Notes under the pieces: generated by a model
Told to the model about the DNA's origin: nothing
Database searches by the model: none
The model's input: the letters and a program-made list of their open reading frames with translations, nothing else
Made by a program: the position numbers and the translations under genes
Source: Camelus dromedarius
Lineage: Eukaryota
Assembly (NCBI RefSeq): GCF_036321535.1
Contig: NC_087437.1
Coordinates: forward strand, 30,816,001 to 30,880,000
DNA length: 64,000 nucleotides
Direction of reading: 5' to 3'
Shown: in pieces, positions 13,474 to 26,424 of the stretch
Layout of the letters: each line of letters opens with the position of its first letter
How positions within the stretch are numbered: the first letter of the stretch is position 1

Positions 13474-15124
13474 CAAGTAAACATTCTGAGTATAATACAT
13501 GATAATGGACAACCCATGTGACAAAGCACTGTAGTCTATGGTTTGGTGTGACCTTCTTGTCTCTGGGATGCTTTTCCAGGTGATTCTTCAGGATGTGACA
13601 CCGATGCCCAACACAGGCTTTCCAATGACAATACATGAGTTCTAGAAGCCACTGCCTCTATCTTTTCTTCAGATGCTGAGTAACACTTTCTCCCACCCAT
13701 TTTATCCTCCATTATTTGTAAAAACCCCACTCTAAAATTCAACCTATGTTATTAAAATTAACAAAATCAGGCATTAGTATGTATGTTCCCACAAAGATAA
13801 TAATTATTAAATAAGAGTCATCTTCCTTTTTCTCTACCTTTTGAAAGATTTATATAGCCTCTAAAGAGTCAGAGTATTATATAACACAAAATACATCAAG
13901 AACCTTATTATCAGGTACATATAATATGTTGCAAATTGCTAAATTACTCAAAAGCTTAAGTCTCCTGGGATAGCAATTCTCCACCAGAAATTATAGTTTA
14001 CAAACAGAAGGTTATGTTTTAATAAGTGGGAAAACAGTACCTGATTTGATATAAAGTAATTGTGAGATGTTTTCACATTAGTAAAGTGCTTAATTAAAAA
14101 AATCTTTTCCACCATGTAATTTGTCAAAGGCTCAAAATGTCTTTGTCTAAGTATTCGTTTCTAAAATTATAGTATTATTCATTTAAATTTTACTTAATCA
14201 GAAAGTTTTACTGTTTTTTCTCTTTCAGTAATAAAAAAAAACTACTTGAAGAAAAACGTTTTTTATTTTCAAAACTTTGCCATGAACATACATACAACAT
14301 TAAATTTGACCCCCTCAAGAGCTGTCCATTTGCCATGAAGCACTGATGACAAAAAAACATATGTAAGCTTTAGGGTAAAAGTTAACAAGGAATCAAAATA
14401 TCTTCCAAAAAGAGGGTGGGCAGGGGAGTTAATAAATTAAAAATCATAGTTTTCATTTTATAAAAAATAGTTTGAATAATCTTATAAATCTTTACTGCTC
14501 ACAAAAGCAGGAAATACATTTAAAAGGTTTTTTTTTTTAACACAGATTCATTAGTATAATGTGGTTATGATCAGAAAAATAACAACTAAAATGGCATTTC
14601 AGTGGTTTACATTCTCTTCTCAGCAAATTCCACATACAATTTAACCAATTTGCAACTCAAAATAAGATTTAACTGCCCAACAAGGCCAGACTAGGTGTAG
14701 TTACTATCTGAATATCAAGCTCTGTTCCATTTAATATATTTTTTTCCAAACATTTAAATATAGCTCAATGACAGGTACTGATAACAATACTTGACAGCAT
14801 GGTTACCGCCCATGACTACTGCATTGCAGTTTAAAACATGCTTTGGTCAGTAAATTACAAAGGTATAAATCAAATAACAAAGCCAGAAAAGTTGTTTTAG
14901 TACCAATTTCCTGACCTTAAGTAAACGTGAAATACAATGACAAGGCAAGGAAAAAATAAAATCAAATATACAGAGAGTTCTCTATTTTTTAACCATTTGG
15001 CATTTTATATTAATAATTTCCTGTTTAAAGTAATATTTTATACTCCTGTACACTGATTATCATAGCTCTCTGAGTTAAAACTAGACTATAGTTACCTTTC
15101 TAGAATGTCCAGTAGTGAATGTTA

Positions 15125-15292
15125 TTACTTGCTTCTTTTGCACTTCCATGAAGATGGTCCTTCATCCTGTAACTTTTTAAGTTTTGGACCAAGAAAGAAC
15201 CACCAACCAAATCCAATAAAAACACAAATAATGGATTCCACATAATAACCATCCAATGCTGTGACACATGAGCCACCGAGTTTTTTGCAAAG
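15125..15292 (-). CDS. SLC33A1: SLC33A1 coding exon 6, terminal (168 nt including TAA)
   Basis: Acceptor TTACAG|CTT. Encodes LCKKLGGSCVTALDGYYVESIICVFIGFGWWFFLGPKLKKLQDEGPSSWKCKRSK then TAA TAA. The six exons sum to 1653 nt = 550 aa plus stop. Confidence 0.97.
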   Translation of the reverse strand, partial: LCKKLGGSCVTALDGYYVESIICVFIGFGWWFFLGPKLKKLQDEGPSSWKCKRSK

Positions 15293-15927
15293 CTGTAAAA
15301 ATAAAATTATAATAAATACTCCATAATTTCAAGATGGAAGTATTCAGCAATTTACATGTTTCTATATTGTGATTTACAAGATTAATCAAAAATTTTTTTG
15401 TTAAAACATTTCAACATTTCATTCACTTCAAATGACAAAATAATGTATCTTAATCTCCTAATGGATTAAAAACTAACAGGATTAAAAACAATTTCAGCTT
15501 CTGCTGTAAACAACACTCACTTTCAAGATACAGCTTTTCATATTTAGTAATGTAAAGAAATTCGTAATGAATTTACTCTAGAAGTGGGCTAAAGTTACTT
15601 TAAAATAATTTATCAGCCAATTACTAACCATTCAGTTTTAGCTCCAATTGTTATATGAATAGCCAATGGAATTTCCCTTCTTCTATCATTATAAAACTTA
15701 GCTACTAATCATTCATTTATTCAATGTCTATTGTCTAAGACAATGGTCCACAAGGTGGAGGAGAGATTGCCCCTTCCTTGCTGAGAAGCACCTTGCTGAG
15801 AAGCATCAGTAAGAAGTGACCTACTCTTACTGATTTTAGTCCATTACACCCTCAGTTATGATGGGAAAGAAAAAACTATTAGAAACTATGGGCAGATATA
15901 ATTTTTAAAAAAGTGGTAGTATTTCTA

Positions 15928-16398
15928 TACAGTTTATTTAAAATGTTGTATTAGTTTCTGGTGTACACCATGGATGGACTTGGAGGGAATTATGCTATGT
16001 GAAATAAATCAGACAGAGAAAGACAAATACTGTAAGATATCAGTTACATGCAAAATTTTAAAAAATACAACAAACTAGTGAACAGAACAGAAAAGAAACA
16101 AACTTAACAGATGTAGAAAAGGAACTTGTGGTTACCAGTGGGGAGAGGGGAGGGGGAGGGGAAAGATGGAGGTGGAGGATTAAGTACAAACTATCAGGTA
16201 TAAAATAAGCTACAAGGATGTATTGTACAACATGGGGAATATAGACAATATTTTATAACTATAAATGGAGTATAACCTTTAAAATTGTGAATTAATATAT
16301 TGTATACCTGTAACATTATAACATTGTACATCAAGTATACTTCAACTTAAAAAATATGGTATTATAAAATAAATACATAAATAAATTTAAAAATGGTT
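15928..16398 (+). mobile_element. 5'-truncated L1 3' end in SLC33A1 intron 5
   Basis: TGGATGGACTTGGAGGG...GAAATAAATCAGACAGAGAAAGACAAATACTG; 21-nt imperfect TSD at 15907-15927 and 16399-16419. Confidence 0.85.
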
Positions 16399-16486
16399 AA
16401 AAAAGAGGTAGTACTTCTAGAGGCAAAATGAGGAAATGAACATCTTAATATAAGCTTAATGTTATCTAAAATTGCAACATACTTAC

Positions 16487-16702
16487 CTCAACAGCATCAG
16501 GTGTCTGGCAATTCTGATTTGATGCTCCTACACACTCTTTCACTGTGAGGGGATCTACCAGCCAAAGAGCTACTGTAGAAGGCCAGTTTCCTCCCAGGTT
16601 GGACACAGTATTTAAAAGGGTCATATATGTTCCTCCAATAAGTGGATCACTAACTTTTGCATTGAAAGCCATTATGGAAACATACATGCTGTACAATGTA
16701 AC
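16487..16702 (-). CDS. SLC33A1: SLC33A1 coding exon 5 (216 nt)
   Basis: Acceptor TGTAG|GTT and donor GAG|GTAAGT. Encodes VTLYSMYVSIMAFNAKVSDPLIGGTYMTLLNTVSNLGGNWPSTVALWLVDPLTVKECVGASNQNCQTPDAVE. Confidence 0.97.
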
Positions 16703-17167
16703 CTACAGGGAAAATGTAAAACACTTTCAGTACAATTAGATTTTGTAAAGCTATGGTCTGAATTAAGTATTAATTTTCATGACTCTTATTAAACTCAAGT
16801 CAACAAATATTTATTGAGCACCTAACACAGGCCAGGCTTTAAGCCAGACCATGGCAATACAATGATCGATGATGTAGTCCCTCTGTGTCTTTGAAAAATT
16901 TATTCTAAGCTAGGAAGTAGGGAAAGAATGTCCACATCATGCTACTGGGGCCTAAATAATTGGCAGATTAATTCTATCACAAGTAGTCAAGGAAGACTCA
17001 ATTGAGAAAACGACAGATGAAGCGTCATTGAAGGATGGACACAGCAATAAGCAAAACTCTGTATCCGTACTATACCTAAATATATCACATGCATGTATAT
17101 GTTTATATGTATATTTGTATTATATATATAAGAACTCAAACATTCAAAGGAATATGACTATATAATT

Positions 17168-17187
17168 ATATATATATATATATATAT
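17168..17187. repeat. (TA)n microsatellite
   Basis: About 10 uninterrupted TA units. Confidence 0.85.
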
Positions 17188-18852
17188 AAAATTCAAAATT
17201 TATGTGACAAACTAAAGAGAAAAATCTTGAGAGGCAAAAAGTGCTTAAGAGGCAAAAATTAATTTTCTATTTAGGAACATGAAAATAAACCATGTTTCCA
17301 AAACAGAATTTCTCTGAATACTGTTTCATGGGATGTTCGTAGAAAAAGAAGTTCCAAGGTCAAAAATGACTGAGAAACACTAAGTTACACAAAATTAAAT
17401 AGGCCCCTTTCACTGTAGGACTTCTGAAAGCCTTTGGAATATAAACTCCTTAACTCCTTAAGGGCAGAGATTTTGGCGTGATTTATTCACTGTTTTAGTA
17501 CTTAGGATGGTTGCAACAAGGAGTAACTGTCCACTTAATATTTGCTGAAGGAATGATTAAGATGCTACATAAAGAGGGGTTATGGTGTGTATCATTTCTC
17601 AAATTTGTTTGACCTTGTACCTTTTTTCCCACAAAGCATCTGGTTGTCTGAGTTTTAATGACTATACTTTGAGAATTCTCTCATGAACTCCAAAGCCAAA
17701 CAAATGATTTTTGGATAACTACATCATAGTTTTCCTTTACTTACACAGATTGTGAAGCATTACTAAGGGAAAGCACTTATTTTAACTTCAATTTTGCACC
17801 TAGCATTAACTAAGTATGTGCAAAACAGAAAAAAATTATATTTGACACCCCAGCCTCAAGATTTTATATATAGTTAGCCAAAAATGATCCACTACAGAAT
17901 TCTCCTAAATAATATAATTGTATACAAAACATTGAGATTACCTGGTACCATATTTTTTAGGCTTCAGTTAAAAACAAAGGAAGGAGTTTATAAATATAAT
18001 TTTCAAAGAGTTTAAACTAGGTTCTATAGAAAAATCCAAAGTTACTCTGAAACACACATTAGCAATAATTGCATCTAAGTCCCACAAATTACTGCTGGGT
18101 GTCTGCCATTTACTTGAATCACTTGTTCCCAGAAAACAACAACAACAACAAAAAAAACCCCATTCTGCAGCAACAGCTTGGGTGAAGCTATGGCAAAGTG
18201 AAGATCATATCTTTTAGGTATTACAAACATATTTAATAAACAAAGAAAAAGCAGATTAACATACAGCTTCCAAAACCACAAAGAGTAAGTCAAAGTTTTT
18301 AATACAGAATCTAAACCAAAAACCTGGGACCTGGAAGCCATCATTATTTCTCAATATTTTCCGGAAAAAAAAAATCAGGAACAGAAGAAAGGACTCAAAT
18401 CTAAGGATGAACTGAAGGATGCTTAGCAAGGGCAGAATTCCTAACTTTGGAATAAATTCTCAAATGTAATAAACTTTTACTGAATGAACAAAAAAATGAA
18501 ATGAATGAAGGAACTCTCTCTCCAAGAACAGAATTCATTAAAACAAAATCCACAAGGTTTAAAGCTCACCATCAGATAATTTCTTCAGTGTCAGATTCAT
18601 ACTTAAGACTTTAAATTTATTATCATTATTTAAACATAACTGTAGAAAAATGTCTTCTTTATTTTACTAAGGCTTTTTTCAGTGAGTGTGAAGTTAGAGA
18701 GATCCCAGTCGGACGAGGACGTCAGATCTAATTGTCCTGCCAGCCCTTCGACCCTCCTCCAAATCTCTTCAATAAAATGGTTTGACCCCCCAAAAAAGTT
18801 TTTTTTTAATTTTAAAAAAGAAAAAAAAAAAAGAAAACCACAGCAAGCTTAC

Positions 18853-18970
18853 CTGATGTAACGCATAACTCAGCAGCACGATAATATAGTAATATATAGG
18901 GAATCCCCCTTGGTGTTCTACTTTAGGGGTCCACCAAACCAGTAGAGCATATTCTAATCCAAGCAATAAT
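18853..18970 (-). CDS. SLC33A1: SLC33A1 coding exon 4 (118 nt)
   Basis: Acceptor TTTAG|AT and donor CAG|GTAAGC. Encodes LLLGLEYALLVWWTPKVEHQGGFPIYYYIIVLLSYALHQ. Confidence 0.97.
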
Positions 18971-19250
18971 CTAAAGAAAAAGAAAGAGATGGTGCTGACT
19001 TCCATTTTAGGTTAAAAAACAACAAGAATAGAAATCTCTGTGCCTATCATATGAAAGAAGCCTGTATCCAAAACCTGTTAGGAGGTTAAAAAGAGAAAAA
19101 AGTACATATAAATCATACTGAAGTTAAAGATGCTTTCCAAGCCTTTTTCCATATATACTCTACACATAGATATTAGTGATACTGATGACAGTTCCTCATT
19201 TAACCTTTCTTATTTAGTAAGTATTTTTAGTATTTTTATCTCATTTTTAC

Positions 19251-19435
19251 CTGTAGGGCATGGCTTTGTAAAATATGTTTAGTGGCTGGGGACCTGCAGT
19301 ATATTTGCTGATAATCAGAGGCAATATTATTTGCAAAGGAACCATTGGAACTGCCAATAAGGCTAAATGTTCTTTGGGTACTCCCTCTTCTACCAATTTC
19401 AGTCCTGTTACTGCATCTGCTGCTGAAAAACCAAT
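19251..19435 (-). CDS. SLC33A1: SLC33A1 coding exon 3 (185 nt)
   Basis: Acceptor TGCAG|ATT and donor CAG|GTAAAA. Encodes IGFSAADAVTGLKLVEEGVPKEHLALLAVPMVPLQIILPLIISKYTAGPQPLNIFYKAMPYR. Confidence 0.97.
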
Positions 19436-20069
19436 CTGCAATATAAAAACAAAAAAAACATTTTAATTTGTAACTTATGAAATATTTTCCTCCAAACATA
19501 TGTAAGTAATTTACGAACCTCAATCTCATTCCTGACCCATGCCAGTTACTAGTAAGTATCATATTATTACATCTGGTACAACAATTAAGTTACAGAAGGC
19601 ACACTGTACCCTATAGTCTACTAACAATATTAAGTGAAAACAAGTGAAAATTCAGTACTTTTAGGAACTGTAATTTTAATTACAACTAAATTTCCATTGC
19701 AAAAGTTCTGTATCTTAAAAAAAAAGTTCTGTATCTTAAACAGCATCCAACTCCAGATGTACTGATTTATATAATTTAAGTTTAAAAGAAAAGCCTTTGA
19801 TGCCAAATAACTCTGGTTAAAATGAAGCATCATTGCCACATACTATACACATTTTTGATGATTCATGACTGACAATAAAATTTCCAAAAGTTATCTAGCT
19901 TTTCAAAAGTAATTCTGAGAAAATGTTACATTTGAGAGGTTGAATAAAATGAGATGTAAGAAAAAGTACTGTTAGATTAATTCTTAAAAACAATGAAAGA
20001 AGAGTAAGGATGCTAAAAGCAGTGGGTAAAAGAGGTGAAGTAAGATATTTAGATAGTCTTAAAGTTACT

Positions 20070-22150
20070 TCCTCATAAATAAGTTTTTAGTTACAAAAGG
20101 AAAAATAGTAACTTTGTAGTGAGTTAACAGGTAATCAAGATTAACAACAATAGTTAATGGGATAAAAGGACATGATATAGCTCCTGATATAATTCCCTGA
20201 AAATGTCACAATATTATTTGTCATATTCCTGACATATATGCACAGCCTGAACCTAAACATGAGGAAACATTAGACAAACATAAATAGAAGCCCATTCTAT
20301 AGAATAATTGGCCTGTATTCTCTTAAAATGTCCAGGTTATGAAGGACAAAGAAAAGCTCATACCAACTAAAATATAATGTGATATTGAATTGGATCCCTG
20401 ACCAAGAAAAAATAGTTATAAAGGCTGCTTTGGGGACAACTGATGAAATTTGGATATGGACTATGATTAGAAAGTAGTATTATATCAACTTAAAATTTCC
20501 TGATTTTTGATTAAGTTGTGGCTTTGTAAGAGAAAGACTGTGTTCGTAGGAGATACATACTTAAGGTATTTATGGGTAAAGGGGCATGATATCTGCAAAA
20601 ACTGCTCTCAAATACTTCATAAAATCTAAGCAATACAGCACAAATTTACAGAATAAAGGAAATGAAGCTAAATGTTAACAATTAGAGAATTTGGATAAAC
20701 ATGTATGGAAATTTTTTCAACTATACAAGTAAATTCTCATTAAGTATGAAATTATACAAATAATTTTTTTAAAAAAAGGAATGATAAATACATTAAATAC
20801 TTTTAACTTCTTAGAATGGAGCCAAAGAGCAAATTTCACATAAAAAAAATTAAAGGTCAAAGATATTTCACTTAAGTTCAGAAAAGAATTTCACTTATAT
20901 TTCACCCATTCTCTTTGTAGAAATTAGATCTACAAAGTGACCTGCAACATTTACTCTGCCTTGAAAGTTGTATAGGAGACATCTGTAATACACATATCTA
21001 ACAAGAAAACTCATATCCAGGATACATAAAAAAATCAAAATTCTACAAATTTAAAGCAAGGGCAAGTCTGGATATTTGAGTGGCCAATAACCATATGAAA
21101 AGATGTTCAACTTCTTTAGTCATCAGGGAAATGCAAATTATAGCCATGAGATGCCACTACACACCAACCAGAAAGGCTAAAATTGAAAAGACAGTATATG
21201 TGTTTTCAAGACTGTGTAGTAATTGGAACTCTCTTAACAATGCTGGTGGTAGGGAAAATTGGAACAACCACTTTATATATACATACATATATTTTTTAAT
21301 TGAAGTATAGTTAATTTACAATGTTGTATCCATTTCTGGTGCACAGCATAGTGATTCAGTTGTACATATATATTCCTTTTCATATTCTTCTTCATTATAG
21401 GCTATTACAAGGGATTGAACATAGTTTCCTGCACTATACAGTAGGATCTTGTTGTTTATCAATTTTTAAAAAATTTTGTTTTGTTTTGTTTTTGATGGGG
21501 GAGGTAATTAGATTTATTGATTTATTGATTTAAATGGAGGTACTGTGGATTGAACCCAGGACCTCGTGCATGCTAAACATATGCTCTACCACTTGAACTA
21601 TATACCCTCTCCCTTGTTGTTTATCTATTTTATATATAGTAGTTTGCATCTGCAAATTCCAAATTCCCAATTTATCCCTCCCCATCACATTCTCCCCTGA
21701 TAACCATAAGTTATCTGTTTGAAATAAATTAATTTGGAAATAACCAATTTGGAAAACTGTTTGCCAGCATATACTATGCATTTCTTATGGCCCACCAATT
21801 CTATTCCTAGGTATTTATCCACCAGAAATGCACACCTATGTTCACCAAAAGTAATGCACACGAATGTTCATAGAAGCACTGTTCATAATAGTCCAAAAGT
21901 AGAAATAACCTAAACATCTGTTGATAGAATGGATAAATTGTGGCATATTCATCAATGGAATATTATTAAGCAATGAGATGAACAAATTATTGCTATAAAT
22001 AACAATACAGATAAATTATACAAATATGATGTTGAGTGAAAGAATGCAAGGGCCAGACGTAAGAATACATATTGGATATTCCATGTACATAAAACTCAAA
22101 AGCAAGGAAAACTAATCTATGGTATTAAAAGTTAGGAGAGATGTTACTTT
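20070..22150. mobile_element. Cluster of L1 fragments (old plus-strand L1M with a nested younger minus-strand L1 at about 21290-21720)
   Basis: ORF2 C-terminal-like text (MKRCSTSLVIREMQI...) and L1 3' UTR motifs. Confidence 0.8.
21467..21613 (-). mobile_element. Vic-1-like SINE
   Basis: tRNA-like head plus TAATTACCTCCCC tail motif; TSD TTGTTGTTTATC(A/T)ATTTT at 21449-21466 and 21614-21631. Confidence 0.88.
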
Positions 22151-22291
22151 TGATGACATTTAAAGGGGGAACATGGGATTCTGATATTGAAGCAACTACT
22201 TATATATTGCTGGCGACAATATAAATTATAAAATCTTTTAAAAAATACTTTAACAATCATATTCACTAACCCACTTAAGAAGCTATTAGAA

Positions 22292-22445
22292 GGAAGAGGG
22301 GAGGATACAGCTCAAGTGGTAAAGTGCATGCTTTAGTATGCATAGGGTCCTGGGTTCAATCCTTAGCACTTTCATTAAAAAATTAATTAATTAACCTCAT
22401 TACCTTGCCCCAAACAAATGTTAAAAATTAAACTAATTTAAAAAA
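22292..22445 (+). mobile_element. Vic-1-like SINE
   Basis: ACAGCTCAAGTGGTAAAGTGCATGC...GTCCTGGGTTCAATCC; flanking CTATTAGAAG repeats. Confidence 0.85.
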
Positions 22446-23790
22446 TCTATTAGAAGAAAATATTCAGAACATCAAAGAAAGAGTTACACACAAAAATATT
22501 CACTAGCACGTTTTTATATTAAAAACAAATGCAAATTAAATATACAATAGAAAAATGATTAAGTAAATTATGACAAATTCATACACTGTGACAATTACAT
22601 AGCTATTAAAAACATGTTTTCAAATATTATTTAATGAATATAGAATAAGAAGACAATAACAAGATAAAAAAGTATACAGTATGAGCCAATTTCACTTTTA
22701 AAGTATTTGCACGTATATAAATATACATTATTATTGATTATAATAGATGAATTACATTTATGCATGTAAAGTATATATATCCACACCTACATGCACACAT
22801 GTATGTACATGGGGGAAAAAGAAGGCTGGAGAGAAATATACCAAAAATGTTACCAATGGTTATCCCTACATGATGTAATCAGATCATGCTATTATCTCCC
22901 TTGAAACTTTTAGCATTTCCTAAAGTTGAACGTTAAGTTTAAGCCTTCCTAACATTTCCTTAAAATTTAACCCTCCTTATCATTAGAGAGGAGGAAAAAC
23001 TACTTCAAAACAATGAGGCTACAATTTTTACTTCAGGGTTATCCAAAGCTAGTTGTAAAAGTATTTATGTAGATAGGTTTAAATATATAATATGAAAATC
23101 CTGTAACTGATTTTAGATTTCAGGAATATTAATTCCAACACTAGCAACAGGTCACTATAACAAAATACACTTACCTTTCTTCTAGCATAATCTCTTTAAA
23201 ATGTTTAAAACTATAAAATTAGGACATCTTAATACAGGAAACATACAGAATTCTTAAAAAGTCACCAAAATTCCCATTTATTTGATAGCAAATTCCCTTC
23301 TAATATTTTAAAAATAATTCAACCGATTTTTAAATAGACTTCTAATACCCATACATTTTCATGTCTTTGTTAATCATTATAAGTAAATAATTTACTACCT
23401 ATGACATTAAGTATGTACTTATTCTAACAGTAGAGAGCTATTTTTTTTCACACCTTTATTGTGGTATGGTTCCTGAACAGTAAACTACATATATTTCAGA
23501 TGTACACTTTGATGAATTTTGATAGATGTATACAGCAATGAAACCACTACCACAATCAAGATAGCTAACTATTTTCATCACACCCCAAGGGGTACAATTT
23601 TCGAATTCCCAATTTATCCCTTCCCACCCTCCTTTAACCCCTGGTAACAGAGTTATTAATCTTCCAAGGCATTCATTTCCATTCCAAACATTAATATCAT
23701 TCATTAAAAACCTCACATTTATTAGAAGTATTTCAAATCGACAATTTTTTCCAGGATCCTAAATCTTGTAGCTTACACTAAAATTGTATT

Positions 23791-23865
23791 TGGGGGTGGA
23801 GGGTATAGCTCAGAGTATGTGCTTGGCATGCACAAGGTCCTGGGTTCAATCCCCAGTGCCTTAAG
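23791..23865 (+). mobile_element. Vic-1-like SINE or tRNA-Ala retrocopy, short
   Basis: GGGTATAGCTCAG...GGTCCTGGGTTCAATCCCCAGT; flanking AAATT(G/A)TATTT repeats. Confidence 0.8.
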
Positions 23866-24044
23866 AAATTATATTTGATTTGGTGTCACCACACCTTTTA
23901 AAATACAATTAATAAACAGAAAATATCAGGTTTTATTGTTAAATTCTAGTATTAGTGGAAAGGGACTTATGTAAAGGCAAGGGAGGTATTCCATGATATT
24001 GGTCACTGCAACAGAATGGGAAATTTGCTTTATAAATCTCTTAC

Positions 24045-24235
24045 CTTTGCAGTAAGAATCAGAAGACAAAATGTCAGAACTGCGGGCATTTTTATAATTG
24101 TAAAAAGCAGCTTGTAAGTATCTGTGATCCCTTGGGTTTCTTCTTTTCCTACTGATACTTCTTTGTTTTCTTTTTTCAGAAGAGCAACTAAAGTTGTTGT
24201 TATCAAAAATACAGTTCCCCAGAAAAAAAGGAAAT
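24045..24235 (-). CDS. SLC33A1: SLC33A1 coding exon 2 (191 nt)
   Basis: Acceptor TTCAG|AT and donor AAG|GTAAGA. Hand translation: DFLFFWGTVFLITTTLVALLKKENKEVSVGKEETQGITDTYKLLFTIIKMPAVLTFCLLILTAK, in phase with exon 1. Confidence 0.97.
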
Positions 24236-25849
24236 CTGAAATTAAAAATGTTTTAAATCTATAATTAACTTTCGAAATGACATATCTTCATTTATACTAA
24301 ATCTGTATACAACTTTTCCAAAACTAAAATCTGTTAAAAGAAAAAAAATCAACACAGAGGTAACTGTCACGTTCAAGGCAAGAGGCCAGGCATGGCAGAT
24401 AAACAGGACAGTCCTGGCTCTGTTAAACACACATTATATAGACCCAGAACAGACAGTGATATTTAAAAAGGAAAAAGAAAAGGGCTTAGTGGGTTGAATG
24501 AAATAAAAGTCTACTGTGTCATTTTATTCAAGGAATCTGCTTAATGGGATATGATTTTCTCTTTTGGGTCATACTTCTTAAGCACCTAAGCCATTTCAGT
24601 TACTAAATTACAACGAAGACAATAAACATGATCATTTGCATTAGATTTTCTGCCTTTTGTTTTTAAACTTTGCTTTTAATCTGTTTAAGAATACCCTCTC
24701 TTTTCAGTACTGTAATACATAAGCAGTTTTCTCATATTTGCAGATGCACGAAAGGTACACGTGAAGAGTACCCTTTGGGTTGTTTCAGTGAAAGACAGCT
24801 GGGCCATTAACCATTATTTTGAACAAATTAAGCAAAGGGAGTGAATAATGTTCTGGAAGATTCTGCCTAACAGCTAAAAACAGTAGTAATAATAGAGGCA
24901 CTATTTATAATTGCATACCATGTGCCATAAATGTGCTAAGTCTTTTACATGTCATTTCCTTCACCACAGCAACACAACAAATGTGGTTATTAGTAGCCCC
25001 AATTTTCAAATGAAGAAACAGGCTGAAAGGTTATGTAGGTTATGTAGCTTAGAAGCTACATTCTAAGTCAGTACCTTATATAACTAATTTCAAAACTTGT
25101 GTCTCCTTAACCACCCTGAGAAACGCATCTTAGTTTGTTTGCCACTACAAAACTTATTGGATAACCCTGTCTTGGTTTCTTCACCTATAAGATTAGAGGA
25201 CTTGGCTAGAAAATCCCAGATAGTTTCTAGCCCTAATAGTCTAGAGTTGTATTCAGTTCTCTGTGTGTTTGCCTTTTGTTTTATTGCTCATGCGGCACAG
25301 CTAACTGTTCATGAGTCACCTTTTTCCAAAAAAGGTAGAGCCTTCCTAAGTCAGGGTTTTTCCTTTGTATTCAGTCTTGTCCTGCTGCTGTGTTGGGTGA
25401 AGATGATCACTATGGCTTAAACCTAACTTTTGATGGAGGCAGACAACATTATTTGTTTAGATCAACTTCATTCAAGTACAGACCAATTTCGCATTAGTAT
25501 TTAAATGCTCCCTTTTTACATAGTAAACGTGAGACAGGCAAAGCAGGTGTCATTGCTATGCAGTGACAAGGAAAAGTTCAGAATATTTAAATCTTTGCCA
25601 AAGGTCAAATTATAAAGAAGCAGAACTTGAACCTAAATCTTCTGAATTTGGGTTTCATACTCTTTCCACTATTTCACACTGCCTACATAAAGATTTCTTA
25701 AAAATTAATGTTAAAGTACTATTTAGTCTCTATAAGGGTAATCATAAACAAGGCTGTTTTTCAAATTATGCAAATTAAAGCTAAACCGCTTCAAACATGT
25801 ATGGAAATTTGTATTCTGATGTGAATTCTTTTCTCCATAATGGGAAACT

Positions 25850-26307
25850 TAGACACAGTCCCCAAATTATGATGGCCTGATTTGAGATTTTTTTCAACTT
25901 TACAATGGTGTGAAAGCAATACTCATTCAACAGAAACTGCACTTTGAATTTTGAATTGGGATCTTTTCCCAGGCTAACAATATTCGGTATGATCCTGCCA
26001 CAGCTCCCAGTGAGCTACACAATCATGATGGTAAATAATCAATACATTCACAACCATTCTGTACCCATACAACCATTGTGTTTTTCACTTTCGGTACAGT
26101 ATTCAATAAATTACACGAGATATTCAACTGATTTTGCCTCGCTATAGGCTAATGGAAGTGTTCTAAGCACATTTAAGGTAGGCTAGGCTAAGTTATGATG
26201 TTCGTTCGGTAGGTTAGGTGTATTAAATGCATTTCGACTTATGATATTTACAATTTACGACGGGTTTATCAGGACATAATCCCATCATAAGTCAAGGAGG
26301 CTCTGTA
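25850..26307. mobile_element. TcMar-Tigger DNA transposon fossil (MER82-like)
   Basis: GGTAGGCTAGGCTAAG...GGTAGGTTAGGTGTATTAAATGCATT...; imperfect terminal inverted repeats sharing TTATGATGG / CCATCATAA, ending ...CTGTA. Confidence 0.75.
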
Positions 26308-26316
26308 CTTAATTTT

Positions 26317-26424
26317 ATTTATTTTTGGGGGGGTAGGTAATTAGAGGTACTGGGGATTGAATCCAGGACCTCTTGCATACTAAGCATGCACTCTACCACT
26401 TGAACTATGCCCTCTTTTTCCCCC
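26317..26424 (-). mobile_element. Vic-1-like SINE
   Basis: Same consensus; TSD TACTTAATTTTA on both sides. Confidence 0.85.
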
